Shown: positions 43,700-57,967 of the stretch, piece by piece
How the letters are laid out: the number at the start of each line of letters is the position of its first letter
How positions within the stretch are numbered: the stretch's first letter is position 1
Notes under the pieces: model-generated
Told to the model about the DNA's origin: nothing
What the model saw: only the letters and a program-made list of their open reading frames with translations
Databases searched by the model: none
NCBI GenBank assembly: GCA_030704615.1
Contig: CM060731.1
Span: 13,640,001-13,704,000, forward strand
DNA length: 64,000 bases
Direction of reading: 5' to 3'
Source of the DNA: Takakia lepidozioides
Taxonomy: Eukaryota > Plantae > Bryophyta
Position numbers and translations under genes: made by a program

Positions 43700-46600
43700 A
43701 TACCACGTACCCCTTCAACTTATTGGCATTGACTCTTCCCAGGATCTCTTTGTTAATGGTTTGTAACATGGCGGTGTTGTTATCATACATTTTCTGTATG
43801 ACATAAGGTCCTTTCCATGGTGATTTAAGCTTAGAAGCTTTAATCTTTCCCTTCTTCTGCAACCAGAGAACCAAATCTTCCGTCTTAAAAGTCTTTAACT
43901 TGCCTTCATCAAACTGTTCCTTTCTCTTCATCTGAATTCTAGTCATGTTATCAGCTGCATCAGCACATACTTCTTCCACATGGTATAATTCATGTTTCCT
44001 GACCTTAATTGAATCTTGCAATTCCATTCTCTTTCCCCATTCCGTTCTCATGGTAGGTAACAGGAATTCCTAGACGTAAAGCTTCCATACCATAAACTAA
44101 TTGGAATGGTGTATACTTAGTGGTGACTTTATATGAAGTCCTGTATGACCACAGTCAGCAACTTGTATCCCAATCCGTTATGTTTGCATTGACTATCTTA
44201 GCCAAGATAGTACATAGTATTTTGTTGGTAGCCTCTGCCTGCCCATTACCCTGTGGTAATTACGTTGTACTCTTCCTATGCACAATCATGAACTCTTTAG
44301 TCAATAGTTCAATGGTCTCATTATGAAGTGACTTCCCTGATCACTGATAATTCCAAGGGACAGCCAAATCGTGTAAGTATGTTCTCATACATGAACCTTG
44401 CTGTGGACTTGGCTGTGTTGTCCCTCAAAGCTTTAGCTTCCACCCACTTCGTAGTATAATCAGTGGCAGTAATTATGTACCTGTTCTGTGTATTCTTGGC
44501 TGGTGGGTTAATTGGTCCAACAAAGTCTAGTCCTCATTTCTGAAATGGTTCCGTAGGCATTGTAGGATGCAAAGTCATCTTCCCAGATCTCTGCAAAGGT
44601 CCTAGCCTCTGACATTCATCACAACTCTGACAATACTTGTGTACATCTTTGAATAAAGTAGGCCACCAGTAACCTGCATGTAGTATCTTCCTACTAGTAG
44701 TCTCTTCTCCAAAATGACCTCCTGCCACTCCTTTATGAACTTCCTCCAAAACTTTATTAACTTCATGGTGGTATAAGCATCGCTTCAGCTCTCCATCTGG
44801 TCCTAGCTTATACATTCTGCTCCCTACCATAGTGTAAGGTAGAGCCTTGATAGCAATTCTCTTTCTCTGCTCCTTTCCATAACTTGGTGGGCACTGACCA
44901 TGAGCAAGGTAGTATCTGATTGGCCATTGCCAATCTAACCAGTCATCTGCACTTTCCTGCACCTCCACTGCAAATAGACTCGCATCTGGTAATTGATCAT
45001 CTACTCCCGTGGCTGGTTCTCCTGTTGATAACCATGACAAGTGATCCGCCGCAAGATGCAGCCTCCCAGGCTTGTAAACAACCTCGAACTCAAACTCGTG
45101 CAAGATTATCAACCATCTTGCTATTCTTCCGCTTATCAGAGGTTTGTTTACCAGGTATATCAGAGCCTGGTGATCCACATAGAACATAAACTTCTTGCCC
45201 AACAGGTAATGCCTGAATTTCTTCACTACATAGATCATTGCCAATGCTTCTCTTTCCGTTGTGCTATAATTTCTTTCGGCATTGTTCATCAATTGGCTAG
45301 CATAGTACACAGGTGAATCTGTTCTTCCTGTAACATTTTGGGCTAACACTGCTCCCAGTGCTTCTCCTGAAGCATCACAGTGAACATGAAATATTTCCTG
45401 CCAGTGAGGATTAATCAGCAAAGGTGTAGTTGTTACTGACAATGTAAGTTCTTCAAAAGCCTGTTGACATTCAGGTGTCCATGCAAACACTGCATCTTTC
45501 TTCAGAAGTTTGCTCAATGGTGCTGCTATCTGTGCATACCGTCTGACAAATCTTTCTGTAATAGCTGGTTTGTGTCCCAGGAATCTCCTTAGACTCTTTG
45601 CATTTACTGGGGGTGGAGAGCTTTAATGGCCTCTGTCTTCTGGGATCCACAAGAAGTCCCTTCTTGCACACAATGTGTCCCAGAAGCACCCCTGAGTTCA
45701 CACAGAAAGTACATTTCTTTGGATTCAAGCCCAGAGCTCTCATTCTGCATCTGGCCAGACATAACTCCAACTTATGCAAATGTTCATTCTTAGAGCTGTA
45801 CACACTGAAATCGTCCAAGAACACCTACATGAAATCATCCAGATACTCATGAAAAGATTCACTTATCACTCTCTGAAAGGTTGCTGGTGCATTACAAAGT
45901 CCAAAGGGCATGACTTTGTATGCATAAGCACCCCGTGATGAAAAGCTGTCTTTCCCTAGTCTTCTTCTGCCACTTGCACTTGATTATAACCACTGAAGCC
46001 ATCCATGAATGAGTACATCTCATGGCCTGCCACAGTGTCCAATACTGCTTCTGTGAATGGTAAAGGGAAAGGATCTTTCTTCGTACAAGCATTCAGCTTC
46101 TTGTAGTTCACACAAACTCTTAGTTTACCATTCTTCTTGGGAACTATCACAATGGGTGACAACCAAGTTGTATACTCTATTGGGTATATAAACTTAGCCT
46201 CAGCCAACTTCTTGATCTCTTCTCCAACCTTCTGTGCATAGTTGGGATTCATTCTGTACCTTGCCTGCTTGATTGGTACTGATCCTGGTTCCAGTTCAAT
46301 CTTATGCTGACAGATCTCAGGTGGTATCCCTTTTAGATCCTCGTAGCTCCAAGCAAATACATCTCTGTATTTGATGAACAAACTCTTAGCTTCTTCAAAG
46401 AATTTTGGCTCCAAATCAGCTCCTACCTTCACCATCCTTGGTTCCTCTTTAGTTCCCACATTCACTTCCCTCACCTGCTCATCAGCTGTGATTGTTCAAC
46501 CAGTCACCACTTCATCCTGTAAACTCACAGTGGCTGGTTCCTCTAGGATTTCCATTTCTCCTTCTCTTTCTTCATAGAAATGTGATGGGTAATTGCTGGT

Positions 46601-47689
46601 TTCCTCTTCAATTGGTGTTGCTAACACTACACCACAGCAGATACCTCTTAAACTACTTAGGCCTTCCAGCCGCATCTCTGCAACTTGCTCCCACTCTGGG
46701 TGTGTAGCGAACAGGGTAGCTTCTGCTCTCATCCAGTCCTCCTCTCCCAGTCATACTCTCTGACCCCTTGAGGTATTCTCGTAGCAGGTAATCTACTAGA
46801 TTTTCTTAGTGGTAATTTGTATCTCGTCGCATCCCCATTATGCACGATTAATAACTGAGAATTCCAGTCATGGAATACCCTGGCTTGTTTTCAGCCACGG
46901 ACGTCCCAATAATAAGGAGTAAGCCTCTATGACTTCATCCATCTTCAACACAGTTACTGTGATCATAAAGATCATCTTCTGTATCTGTATCTTAACTCCT
47001 CTTATCAATCCCAATGGCTGTACACTTCTTTGATCTGCCATTGTTATTGTAAATGGGGCTGGTTTCATGTTACTTAGACCAAGCTTCTTCCTTAATTGGT
47101 CTGTCATGATATTTACTCCAGAGCCTCCATCTATCAGTACATCAGTTAGTTCTGTGCTTCCAATTCTCAATTGGATTACTGGCATAGAATCATCAAAGTC
47201 CATGACTGTTTCTCGCCCTTCCGGCTTCACATTATAACTGGTCACCTTGCTGTTCAGGTCTGTGTTTCCTGTCTCCTGGGCAATTCGATTGATTGCTTGA
47301 TACAGCCTGTGTCTACAATAAGGTGCCACAGCCAATAGCTGTCCAATGGTAATCTCTGCTTTGGTCTGGCATATTACTTCAGCCAAAGTCCCTTCACTAC
47401 TTTGCATGTCTGCAACTTCTTTCTTCCTTTCATCCTCACTCACTTCTTCTTCTCCATCAGAATCAGAGGAATCTGCCACAGGAATATTACTCTTCTGCAT
47501 TTCCCTTATGGTATCTGCCACTTCCTTGTGCAGTTCCTTCTCATCTCTCCAAGCCTCATCATCTTCAAGCATATCACTGCCATCTTCATTATCATCATCT
47601 TCCTCAACTACTGGAGGTATTAGCTTGGTTACTATCATTGTACTTACTTCTGGTACAACACATGGCCTAACCATGTGAGCTGCCACCAC
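43700..47689 (-). pseudogene. pol of gypsy element 2 (PR-RT-RH-IN), frameshifted
   Basis: VLIDGGSG; [11 protein letters not shown]; FLDDF; HVHCDASG; GGHFG..CDEC; WKGPY. Confidence 0.93.
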
Positions 47690-47828
47690 TGGGCCTCATT
47701 CATAGGAGCTCTCATCTCATTCTGGTGTCTAATCCAGAACGAACAGGCTGCCTTGCGATGTCCTGGCTGATTACAATAGTAACACAATTCTTTCACCATT
47801 GGGTCCTCGCCCTTGGTCTGCTCTTGGA

Positions 47829-49030
47829 TTATTTCTGTAATCCTGATTCCCTGGCTGGTAATTCCCCTTGGATTACCCTGATAGTTGCCTCTGGAATTTC
47901 CTTGGTAATTCCCTCTGAATTACCTCTCCCTTCCATGCCATTGTTATAACCACCAGGCCTACCATAGTGGTCCTGATCATTGTTTCTTCTTGGCTGGGGT
48001 TGCACTTGATGCACCCTTACTTGCCTAGGTTCTCTTGCAGCTGTCCTTCTGTTGTAGTAACAATTCTCAGTAGAATGGTTATCCATCTTACAGATAGTAC
48101 AATGTTTCTCCTTCATGTGGCATTCATGGTGGTATGGCCTTCATTCTGGCACTTGCACACCAAACACCCTTCCTCCAATGTGTTGCAGCTCTGTGGCATA
48201 CTTCTTCAAGATTTCTTCTAATCTTTTCTCATAGTTATCCCTCTTCAACTTCTCCTTTCTCTTACTCTTCCTTTTCAGTTCTTGCTCTTCTTTCATCTGA
48301 CTCATCCTCAGAGTCATCATCATCCTTTTCTCTCTCCTGAGCATTCCCAATTGCTCAATTCTGTTTGCAGTTTCAAATGCCTCCTCCACTGTATTATGGG
48401 GTAACATATCCACTTTCTTCTGCAACTCTGGTCTTAGTCCACTCACAAACCAAGTCTTCTGTAAACCTGGTGCTGGTACAGCAGCCAGCTTTTTCATCAT
48501 CAATTCCATCTTTTCCATATACTCCACAACAGTTTCATGCTTCTTTTGCTTTAACTGTTGTAAACTTCCATACACTTCATCCTCAGTTTTACTTGTCCTG
48601 AACCTATTTCGGAATGTTGTATTCAAGCCATTCCAGATTAGGAAATGATTATCAGGGAATCTTGCATACCATTCACTTGCATTCTTGATAAGTGAACAAG
48701 GAAACAATCTCATCTTGGCATCATCGCCATTCTCATTGTTCACTATACACATGTGCTCAAATTGGCTAATGTGTACATCGGGATCCCCTTTTCCTGAATA
48801 TATTGGAAAAGGTGGTTTTGCCTGTGTTGGTTGTAACACCATTTGTGGCCCTACCTTCTGCCCACTGACAGGTGCTAGCACCCTTGCTGGTGCTGGTCCT
48901 TGATGACCTGTTGTAGTTGTGGTGGATCTTCCACCAAGTGGTGGCCCCTGAGCACTCTTTGCTACTGGCCCCACGATATTCACAGTATTCCCAGCTCCAG
49001 TTGCACTACTTCCCACACTCCCTGTCCCCC
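47829..49030 (-). CDS. gag of gypsy element 2, C-terminal part
   Basis: YSGKGDPDVH..LFPCSL..WY, QKKHETVVEY, CTICKMDNHSTENC. Joins in frame to 57968-58430 when the MULE is removed. Confidence 0.9.
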
Positions 49031-50429
49031 CAGAGCCAGGGGGGGTGCTATTCCGTGAGCCCGGAGGCGTGAGCCTGTGAGCCCAGGAAACCGTGAGCCC
49101 AGCACAGGCTCACGCCACGTCAGCATGCATACAGGGCCTATTTCCGCGGGTGTCACCTATTACCGCGGGTTGAACAGCCATTTCCCGGGAATGCAGACTG
49201 GATGTATTACATCCATTGTATCCATCCTTTGTATCCATTGCATCCATCTAGACGTTATCAAAGACTTTCCTTCATATAAAGAATTAATCCAGTTTTTCCA
49301 GATATCCTCTAGAAATCCCTTCACACAAGCATCAATCTGCTGTGTGTAATTTGCCCAAAAACTAGGCCTCAGGAGGGCCTGGGCTTTTGGCTCAGCCTCG
49401 AGACTGTCGGGAGCTTAAGGACGGAAAGCCAAACTCTGCATTGGAATGTGGGTACGTCGTGAGGAGGTGCACACTGACATCATCTAAAGCGGATCCCTGC
49501 GAAATCTTTTCTTACTCACCACCTTTGTGAACATGCCAAGTATGTGCGGGAGCATCATGGATGCTCACCAGAGATTTGAGAATGCCTGAACGATCTTTGA
49601 TCACGTGGACTTCACCTCGATGGATTCACCAAGCATTCTTCTAGCAGGAATGGTTTGGAGACAAGCGAGCAAATGATGCGAGAATGCTGTACACGAACCA
49701 AAGTCGATTGTTTGTTTTTGAAATGCACTCAAGCCTGTGAGGTCCACAAAACTCTAAATAGATTGAAGGAACAATCCGGGCAGTCCATGCAACCCCCATC
49801 TCCAATAATAGTTTGTTCCCATGAAGTTGCATCCCACGCACACATTGCAAACAGGACAACAAGGACACACAACCATCCCATTTCAAATTTGGCCCCGAAT
49901 AAAACCAAAAGAAAACTTCATATCAAGTGTCACAGTCATCAGAATCACTCTCGACCTCCTGTGCTATGTCATCATCACAAAGATTCTGGCCCCAACACCA
50001 CGTCTTCTACCACGGCCGTCAATGGGCGGACAGCGAGTGCCATGAATGGACATGCTTGTTGCGAGTGCCTCCGCATAGACAGGTTGCACGTAAGACCGAG
50101 GAGGACTTGAAAGAAGTCCAAATAGGTGTGATAGCCCACCTACTGCCCTTGTGCCTCCTTCCCCACCCCTTCCTTTCCCCACACCACCAACAACATCTTT
50201 TCCCTTTGCCTTTCAACCTCTACCCGGGGTATCCTGAGCGGAGGCTCCTTCTCTGCAAGAGTCCTCAAATTTCTATCATGAATGTCGAGGTCGGCTGCTG
50301 CGGCGGTGGCTGCTATACGCTCATTCTCTCTCCTCAAAGACACATCCTGAGCTGGGGTCTCAGAAGGAGGGCAATCCAAATACCATGGGAGTTTTGACAA
50401 CTATGGGAGTTTTGAGCATGCATACTGGC

Positions 50430-52227
50430 CCTGTTAGGCCCAATTTCACATAGAAAAACAAGCACGAAGGGGGCTCAAAACAGTGTGCGTTGCCGCACAC
50501 TGTTTGAGCTTCCAATAAAGATTGGATTCAACCTGCCAAAGTGGCCCCAGGAGACCGATTTTCACATCAAAATCAATCACATAAGGAAGCTCAAACAGTG
50601 TGCGTTGCCGCACACTGTTTGAGCTTGCAATAAGGTGTGATTTTAATATGGCATAGTGGCCATAAGTGACCAATTTGAAATAAAAGAAAAGGCAGTGAAG
50701 GGGGCTCAAACAGTGTGCGTCCGCGCACACTGTTTGAGCTTCCATTTTGGAGTCGAATGAACTTGCCAGACTAGCCGTAGGTGCACAATTTCCATATCCA
50801 TAAACAAGCAAATCAGGGGGGCTCAAACCGTGTGCGTTGACGCACACCGTTTGGGCTGCCAGGTAAGTGTGAATTGAACCTGACAGAGATGACCTTTGTG
50901 GTCGATTCTAAAATGCCAGCTGCCAGGTAAGTGTGCATTGACGCTCAAAGAGATGCCCTATGTGGCCGATTTTCAGATAAAAAAAACAATGACATGGTGG
51001 GCTGTGTTGTGCGTTGACGCACACTGTTTGAGCTGCCAGGTAAGTCTGGATTGAACCTCAATACATGCCCTATGTGGCCGATTTTCACATGAAAAAAACA
51101 ATGACAAGTTGGGCTCAAACAATGTGCGTTGACGCACACTATTTGAGCTGCCACGTAAGTGTGCATTGACGCTCAAAGAGATGCCATATGTGCCGATTTT
51201 CAGATTGAAAAATAATGACATGGTGGACTAACAGTGTGCGTTGACTCACACTACTGGAGCTGCCACGTAAGTGTGCATTAAAGCTCAAAGAGATGCCCTA
51301 TGTGGCCAATTTATTAATAAAAAATAATTAAAAAAAAAAAAAAAAACATGGTTGGCTGGAACAGTGTGCGTTGACGCACACTATTTGAGCTGCCAGGTAA
51401 GTCTGCATTGAACCTCAAATACATGCCATATGTGGCCAATTTTCACATGAAAAAAACAATGACAAGTTGGGCTCAAACAGTGTGCGTTGACGCACACTAT
51501 TTGAGCTGCCAGGTAAGTGTGCATTGACGCTCAAAGAGATGCCCTATGTGGCCGATTTTCAATAAAAAAAACAATGACATGGGGGCTGTTGTGCGTTGAC
51601 GCACACTGTTTGAGCTGCCACGTAAGTGTGCATTGAAGCTCAAAGAGATGCCATATGTGGCCGATTTTCAGATTAAAAAAATAATGACATGGTGGACTCG
51701 AACAGTGTGCGTTGACGCACACTGCTGGAGCTGCCACGTAAGTGTGCATTAAAGCTCAAAGAGATGCCCTATGTGGCCGATTTTCAAAAAAAAAAAAAAA
51801 AAAAAAAAAATGGTTGGCTGGAACAGTGTGCGTTGACGCACACTATTTGAGCTGCCAGGTAAGTCTGCATTGAACCTCAAATACATGCCCTATGTGGCCA
51901 ATTTTCACATGAAAAAAAACAATGACAAGTTGGGCTCAAACAGTGTGCGTTGACGCACACTTTGAGCTGCCACGTAAGTGTGCATTAAGCTCAAGAGATG
52001 CCCTATGTGGCCGATTTTCAGATAAAAAAAACAATGACATGGTGGGCTGTTGTGCGTTGACGCACACTGTTTGAACGTAAGTGTGCATTGAAGCTCAAAG
52101 AGATGCCATATGTGGCCGATTTTCAGATTAAAAAAATAATGACATGGCGTGTGCGTTGACGCACACTGCTGGAGCTGCCACGTAAGTGTGCATTAAAGCT
52201 CAAGAGATGCCCTATGTGGCCGATTTT

Positions 52228-52268
<41 letters not shown>

Positions 52269-53680
52269 ATGGTTGGCTGGAACAGTGTGCGTTGACGCAC
52301 ACTATTTGAGCTGCCAGGTAAGTCTGCATTGAACCTCAAATACATGCCCTATGTGGCCAATTTTCACATGAAAAAAACAATGACAAGTTGGGCTCAAACA
52401 GTGTGCGTTGACGCACACTATTTGAGCTGCCACGTAAGTGTGCATTGAAGCTCAAAGAGATGGTGGCCGATTTTCAGATTAAAAAAATAATGACATGGTG
52501 TGCTCAACAGTGTGCGTTGACGCACACTGCTGGAAGATGCCCTATGTGGCCGATTTTCAAAAAAAAAAAAAAAAAAAAAAATCTTGCAACAGTGTGCGTT
52601 GACGCACACTGTTTGAGCTGCCACGTAAGTCTGCATTGAACCTCAAATACATGCCCTATGTGGCCGATTTTCACATGAAAAAAAAATAAAGACATGTGGG
52701 GTCAAACAGTGTGCGTTGACGCACACTGTTTGAGCTGCCACGTAAGTGTGTATTGAGGCTCAAAGAGATGCCCTATGTGGCCGATTTTCATATAAAAAAA
52801 AACAATGACATGGTGGGCTGGAACAGTGTGCGTTGACGCACACTGTTTGAGCTGCCAGGTAAGTCTGCATTGAACCTCAAATACATGCCTATGTGGCCAA
52901 TTTTCACATGAAAAAAACAATGACAAGTTGGGCTCAAACAGTGTGCGTTGACGCACACTCTTTGAGCTGCCACGTAAGTGTGCATTGAAGCTCAAAGAGA
53001 TGCCTTAGGCCGATTTTCAGATTAAAAAAATAATGACATGGTGTGCTCAAACAGTGTGCGTTGACGCACACTGCTGGAGCTGCCTTGAGATGCCCTATGT
53101 GGCCGATTTTCAAAAAAAAAAAAAAAAAAAAAAAAAAAATGCTGCAACAGTGTGCGTTGACGCACACTGTTTGAGCTGCCACGTAAGTCTGCATTGAACC
53201 TCAAATACATGCCCTATGTGGCCGATTTTCACATGAAAAAAATAAAGACATGTTGGGGTCAAACAGTGTGCGTTGACGCACACTGTTTGAGCTGCCACGT
53301 AAGTGTGTATTGAGGCTCAAAGAGATGCCCTATGTGGCCGATTTTCATAAAAAAAAAAACAATGACATGGTGGGCTGGAACAGTGTGCGTTGACGCACAC
53401 TGTTTGAGCTGCCAGGTAAGTCTGCATTGAACCTCAAATACATGCCCTATGTGGCCAATTTTCACATGAAAAAAAAATGACAAGTTGGGCTCAAACAGTG
53501 TGCGTTGACGCACACTATTTGAGCTGCCACGTAAGTGTGCATTGAAGCTCAAAGAGATGCCTTATGTGGCCGATTTTCAGATTAAAAAAATAATGACATG
53601 GTGTGCTCAACAGTGTGCGTTGACGCACACTGCTGGAGCTTTGTGCATGCTCAAAGAGATGCCCTATGTGGCCGATTTTC

Positions 53681-53712
<32 letters not shown>

Positions 53713-54006
53713 GAAAGTGTGCGTTGACGCACTCTATTTGAGCTGCCAGGTAAGTCTGCATTGAACCTCAAATACATGCCCTATGTGGCCAATTTTCACA
53801 TGAAAAAAACAATGACAAGTTGGGCTCAAACAGTGTGCGTTGACGCACACTATTTGAGCTGCCACGTAAGTGTGCATTGAAGCTCAAAGAGATGCCTTAT
53901 GTGGCCGATTTTCAGATTAAAAAAATAATGACATGGTGTGCTCAACAGTGTGCGTTGACGCACACTGCTGGAGCTGCCTTGAGATGCCCTATGTGGCCGA
54001 TTTTTG

Positions 54007-54037
<31 letters not shown>

Positions 54038-54567
54038 CCGCAACAGTGTGCGTTGACGCACACTGTTTGAGCTGCCACGTAAGTCTGCATTGAACCTCAA
54101 ATACATGCCCTATGTGGCCGATTTTCACATGAAAAAAATAAAGACATGTTGGGGTCAAACAGTGTGCGTTGACGCACACTGTTTGAGCTGCCACGTAAGT
54201 GTGTATTGAGGCTCAAAGAGATGCCCTATGTGGCCGATTTTCATATAAAAAAAAACAATGACATGGTGGGCTGGAACAGTGTGCGTTGACGCACACTGTT
54301 TGAGCTGCCAGGTAAGTCTGCATTGAACCTCAAATACATGCCCTATGTGGCCAATTTTCACATGAAAAAAACAATGACAAGTTGGGCTCAAACAGTGTGC
54401 GTTGACGCACACTATTTGAGCTGCCACGTAAGTGTGCATTGAAGCTCAAAGAGATGCCTTATGTGGCCGATTTTCAGATTAAAAAAATAATGACATGGTG
54501 TGCTCAAACAGTGTGCGTTGACGCACACTGCTGGAGCTGCCTTGAGATGCCCTATGTGGCCGATTTT

Positions 54568-54610
<43 letters not shown>

Positions 54611-55140
54611 CCTGCAACAGTGTGCGTTGACGCACACTGTTTGAGCTGCCACGTAAGTCTGCATTGAACCTCAAATACATGCCCTATGTGGCCGATTTTC
54701 ACATGAAAAAAATAAAGACATGTTGGGGTCAAACAGTGTGCGTTGACGCACACTGTTTGAGCTGCCACGTAAGTGTGTATTGAGGCTCAAAGAGATGCCC
54801 TATGTGGCCGATTTTCATATAAAAAAAAACAATGACATGGTGGGCTGGAACAGTGTGCGTTGACGCACACTGTTTGAGCTGCCAGGTAAGTCTGCATTGA
54901 ACCTCAAATACATGCCCTATGTGGCCAATTTTCACATGAAAAAACAATGACAAGTTGGGCTCAAACAGTGTGCGTTGACGCACACTATTTGAGCTGCCAC
55001 GTAAGTGTGCATTGAAGCTCAAAGAGATGCCTTATGTGGCCGATTTTCAGATTAAAAAAATAATGACATGGTGTGCTCAAACAGTGTGCGTTGACGCACA
55101 CTGCTGGAGCTGCCTTGAGATGCCCTATGTGGCCGATTTT

Positions 55141-55175
<35 letters not shown>

Positions 55176-55980
55176 ATGCCTGCATAGAGTGCGTTGACGC
55201 ACACTGTTTGAGCTGCCACGTAAGTCTGCATTGAACCTCAAATACATGCCCTATGTGGCCGATTTTCACATGAAAAAAATAAAGACATGTTGGGGTCAAA
55301 CAGTGTGCGTTGATGCACACTGTTTGAGCTGCACGTAAGTGCGTATTGAGGCTCAAAGAGATGCCCTATGTGGCCGATTTTCATATAAAAAAAACAATGA
55401 CATGGTGGGCTGGAACAGTGTGCGTTGACGCACACTGTTTGAGCTGCCAGGTAAGTCTGCATTGAACCTCAAATACATGCCATATGCCAATTTTCACATG
55501 AAAAAAACAATGACAAGTTGGGCTCAAACAGTGTGCGTTGACGCACACTATTTGAGCTGCCACGTAAGTGTGCATTGAAGCTCAAAGAGATGCCCTATGT
55601 GGCCGATTTTCAGATTAAAAATATAATGACATGGTGGGCTCAAACAGTGTGCATTGACGCACGCTGCTGGAGCTACTGTGTGTTATTGAAGCTCAAAGAG
55701 ATGCCCTATGTGGCCGATTTTCACATGAAAAAAAACAATGACAAGGTGGGCTCAAATAGTGTGCGTTGACGCACACTGCTGGAGCTGCCAGGTAAGTGTG
55801 CATTGAACAACAAAGAGATGCCCTATGAGACCGATTTCCAAATGAAAAAAGAATGACAAGGTGGGCTCAAACAGTGTGCGTTGACACACACTGCTAGAGC
55901 TGCCAGGTAAGTGTGCATTGAAGCTCAAAGAGATACCCTATGAGGCCGATTCCAAATGAAAAAAACAATGACAAGGTGCA
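50430..55980. repeat. Satellite of ~118-bp monomers with a palindromic core and higher-order periodicity
   Basis: Most monomers contain CAGTGTGCGT-TG-ACGCACACTG. Poly-A-marked blocks recur every 3-5 monomers. Confidence 0.95.
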
Positions 55981-56339
55981 CAAACAACCTCATTACATTC
56001 GGGGTCTTCCTGTTTACTGCTCTCTAGGGTTGTTGTCGTCTTTCCATAATTGATGGTTTCATGTCATGTTTAGGGTTTGTTTTTCATCCAAATACAACAC
56101 GGCTTCTTGTGGCTTCTTGTCACCCTAAACAGTTTTTCTGGTTGGTGTCTCTCAGTGTGGTTGTCTGCGAAGTTCGGTGCATGTCATTCCTACATCATTT
56201 GCAGGCATCGCCCACAGTCTTTGGGTTAGTGCTAACCTTATTGACCTCAGTTTGTTTGTGGTGGATCCCCTTTCGAGAATTACGGGCTATCAGTTCGGGG
56301 ATTCCGTTGTGAATCGCAATTTTTGGTCAGTGGAGGAAA

Positions 56340-57550
56340 ACATGTCGAGGGAGCAAGATAGACTCGCTCGATTTCATTCCAATGCAGGTAGTCTTCCACT
56401 GACTACCACTACAGACGACAATGGGTTTGCAGTTGTTCATGAGGATGAGCTGGTTACAGTGTTCCCGCTGGAATTGGGTTATCTGCTTGTTCAAAAAGAG
56501 GTGTATGACGAGGATGGGAATTTGGATTCTGGGCACTTGGAGAAACCATTGGTTGGCGAGTGTGGAAGGAAGTGGAGAGTCCTTCCAGGCACATCCTATG
56601 TCCTTGGAAAAGAGAGAAGACAATCAGCAGGATCAGTAGTTACCCCTGGCACTGCAGCATCAGTCGTGCAGCAGAAGGGCACAGTTCATGTGAAACAAGA
56701 GGTGAGCACATCCACTACATTCGTGACTCTTTCAGACTCGTCCTCGGAGGATGTTTCTGAGATTCCTCCGCCAGTGCACACTCCATCTTGGATGATGACG
56801 AATTGCAGGAGATAACGAGTGTCATTCCGAAATTGAAAGCCCTCGCAGGGGTGCCTGGGTGCAAGAGCGAGTTGCGTTTTGTTGATTGGGAGTCCCTTCA
56901 TGTGCAGCGGGTTCAATACGTGCCAACAAAGTTTGATGGGGACATCTTGTTTGAGCTCAACCCTCCCACGTCTTCCAGTGGACTGGCTAGGCTTCTGCAA
57001 GGCATGGACAAGAAACATGACGGACACCCTTGGTGCATGACAAAAACATCGAACATCCACAACGACATTGGATTGAAATTTCGAAGGTCGGTTTGCGTTG
57101 GGCATTGCAAGTGCGTGAATATTTCTTGCCCTCGCTGAGAAACAGCGCTAATCGGCTGATGACGAATCGGGTGCAAATCACAAATGCAAGATGGAATCGG
57201 CTATTTTTGCAGGCTCGGGTGACTCGTATCACCGAAGTCCCTGCCCCGGGTATGGACGGATTTACACAGTGCTGTCTATTGGCTCAATTTTTCATGGCAA
57301 AGAATATCAGGTTACCGTGGGGAATTTCCCTAAATGCACTTGTCCGGATTTTGTAACGATGCGTGAGGGCGCCTCGGCATGAGAGGGAAGTGGATCCTCT
57401 GCAAGCATCAATATTACATATATCTTGTAATTATGTGTTGCGACGGTAAGAGAGACCAATTCATTCACCAAGCCACACTAGGCTACGGAGAAGTCATCAC
57501 CCTTCTGCAGCGGGACACCTCACGTGGGGCTCCGCCAAATTCTCTTTGAA
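56340..57550 (+). pseudogene. MULE transposase-related remnant: GCM-like domain plus SWIM finger, no DDE core visible
   Basis: DGHPWCMTKTSN..RRSVCVGHCKCVNISCP; YQVTVGNFPKCTCPDF..WILCKHQY. Confidence 0.65.
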
Positions 57551-57967
57551 CACATACGAGCCATGCCCGCTTCCCATGCTGGTTTCCAGGTTACCGTGTG
57601 AAGACTTTGCATTTATGACAAACACATACATTTCGTTCATGGAACCAGGGCAAATGCACATGCCATTCATTGTAAGCGTCTATCTGTGAATTCAAATAAA
57701 GTGTGTCAATCATTCTGAGCTCAAATCTGCCATATTTTCATATTCCTCTTTTGTGCAGGCATTGCAGACACGGTGCATGGTGGCCCCCTTTGTTTTGTCC
57801 ACGGTAATAGGCCCTCTTCCTGCAATCCTCGCCTATAGGACCTGCTTCTCCAGCAGATTTGTGCCGCTCACGCTTCCCTGAAGTGTGAGCTCAGCTCACG
57901 CTTTGCAGCTTCAACGTGAGCTCAGCTCCCAGGCTCACGGGGCTGGGCTCACGCCGTAGCTACGCTG

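Larger units (their letters stand above)
49040..57967 (+). mobile_element. Non-autonomous Mutator-like element (MULE)
   Basis: 9-bp TSD CAGAGCCAG at 49031-49039 and 57968-57976; imperfect TIRs with GCTA..CGTGAGCCC and subterminal GTGAGC repeats; contains a SWIM remnant. Confidence 0.85.

Noticed and set aside
50430-55980. CRISPR-like regularly spaced palindromes
   Set aside because: The intervening sequences are repeated rather than unique spacers, there are no cas genes and the context is eukaryotic. The many short ORFs here are repeat artefacts.
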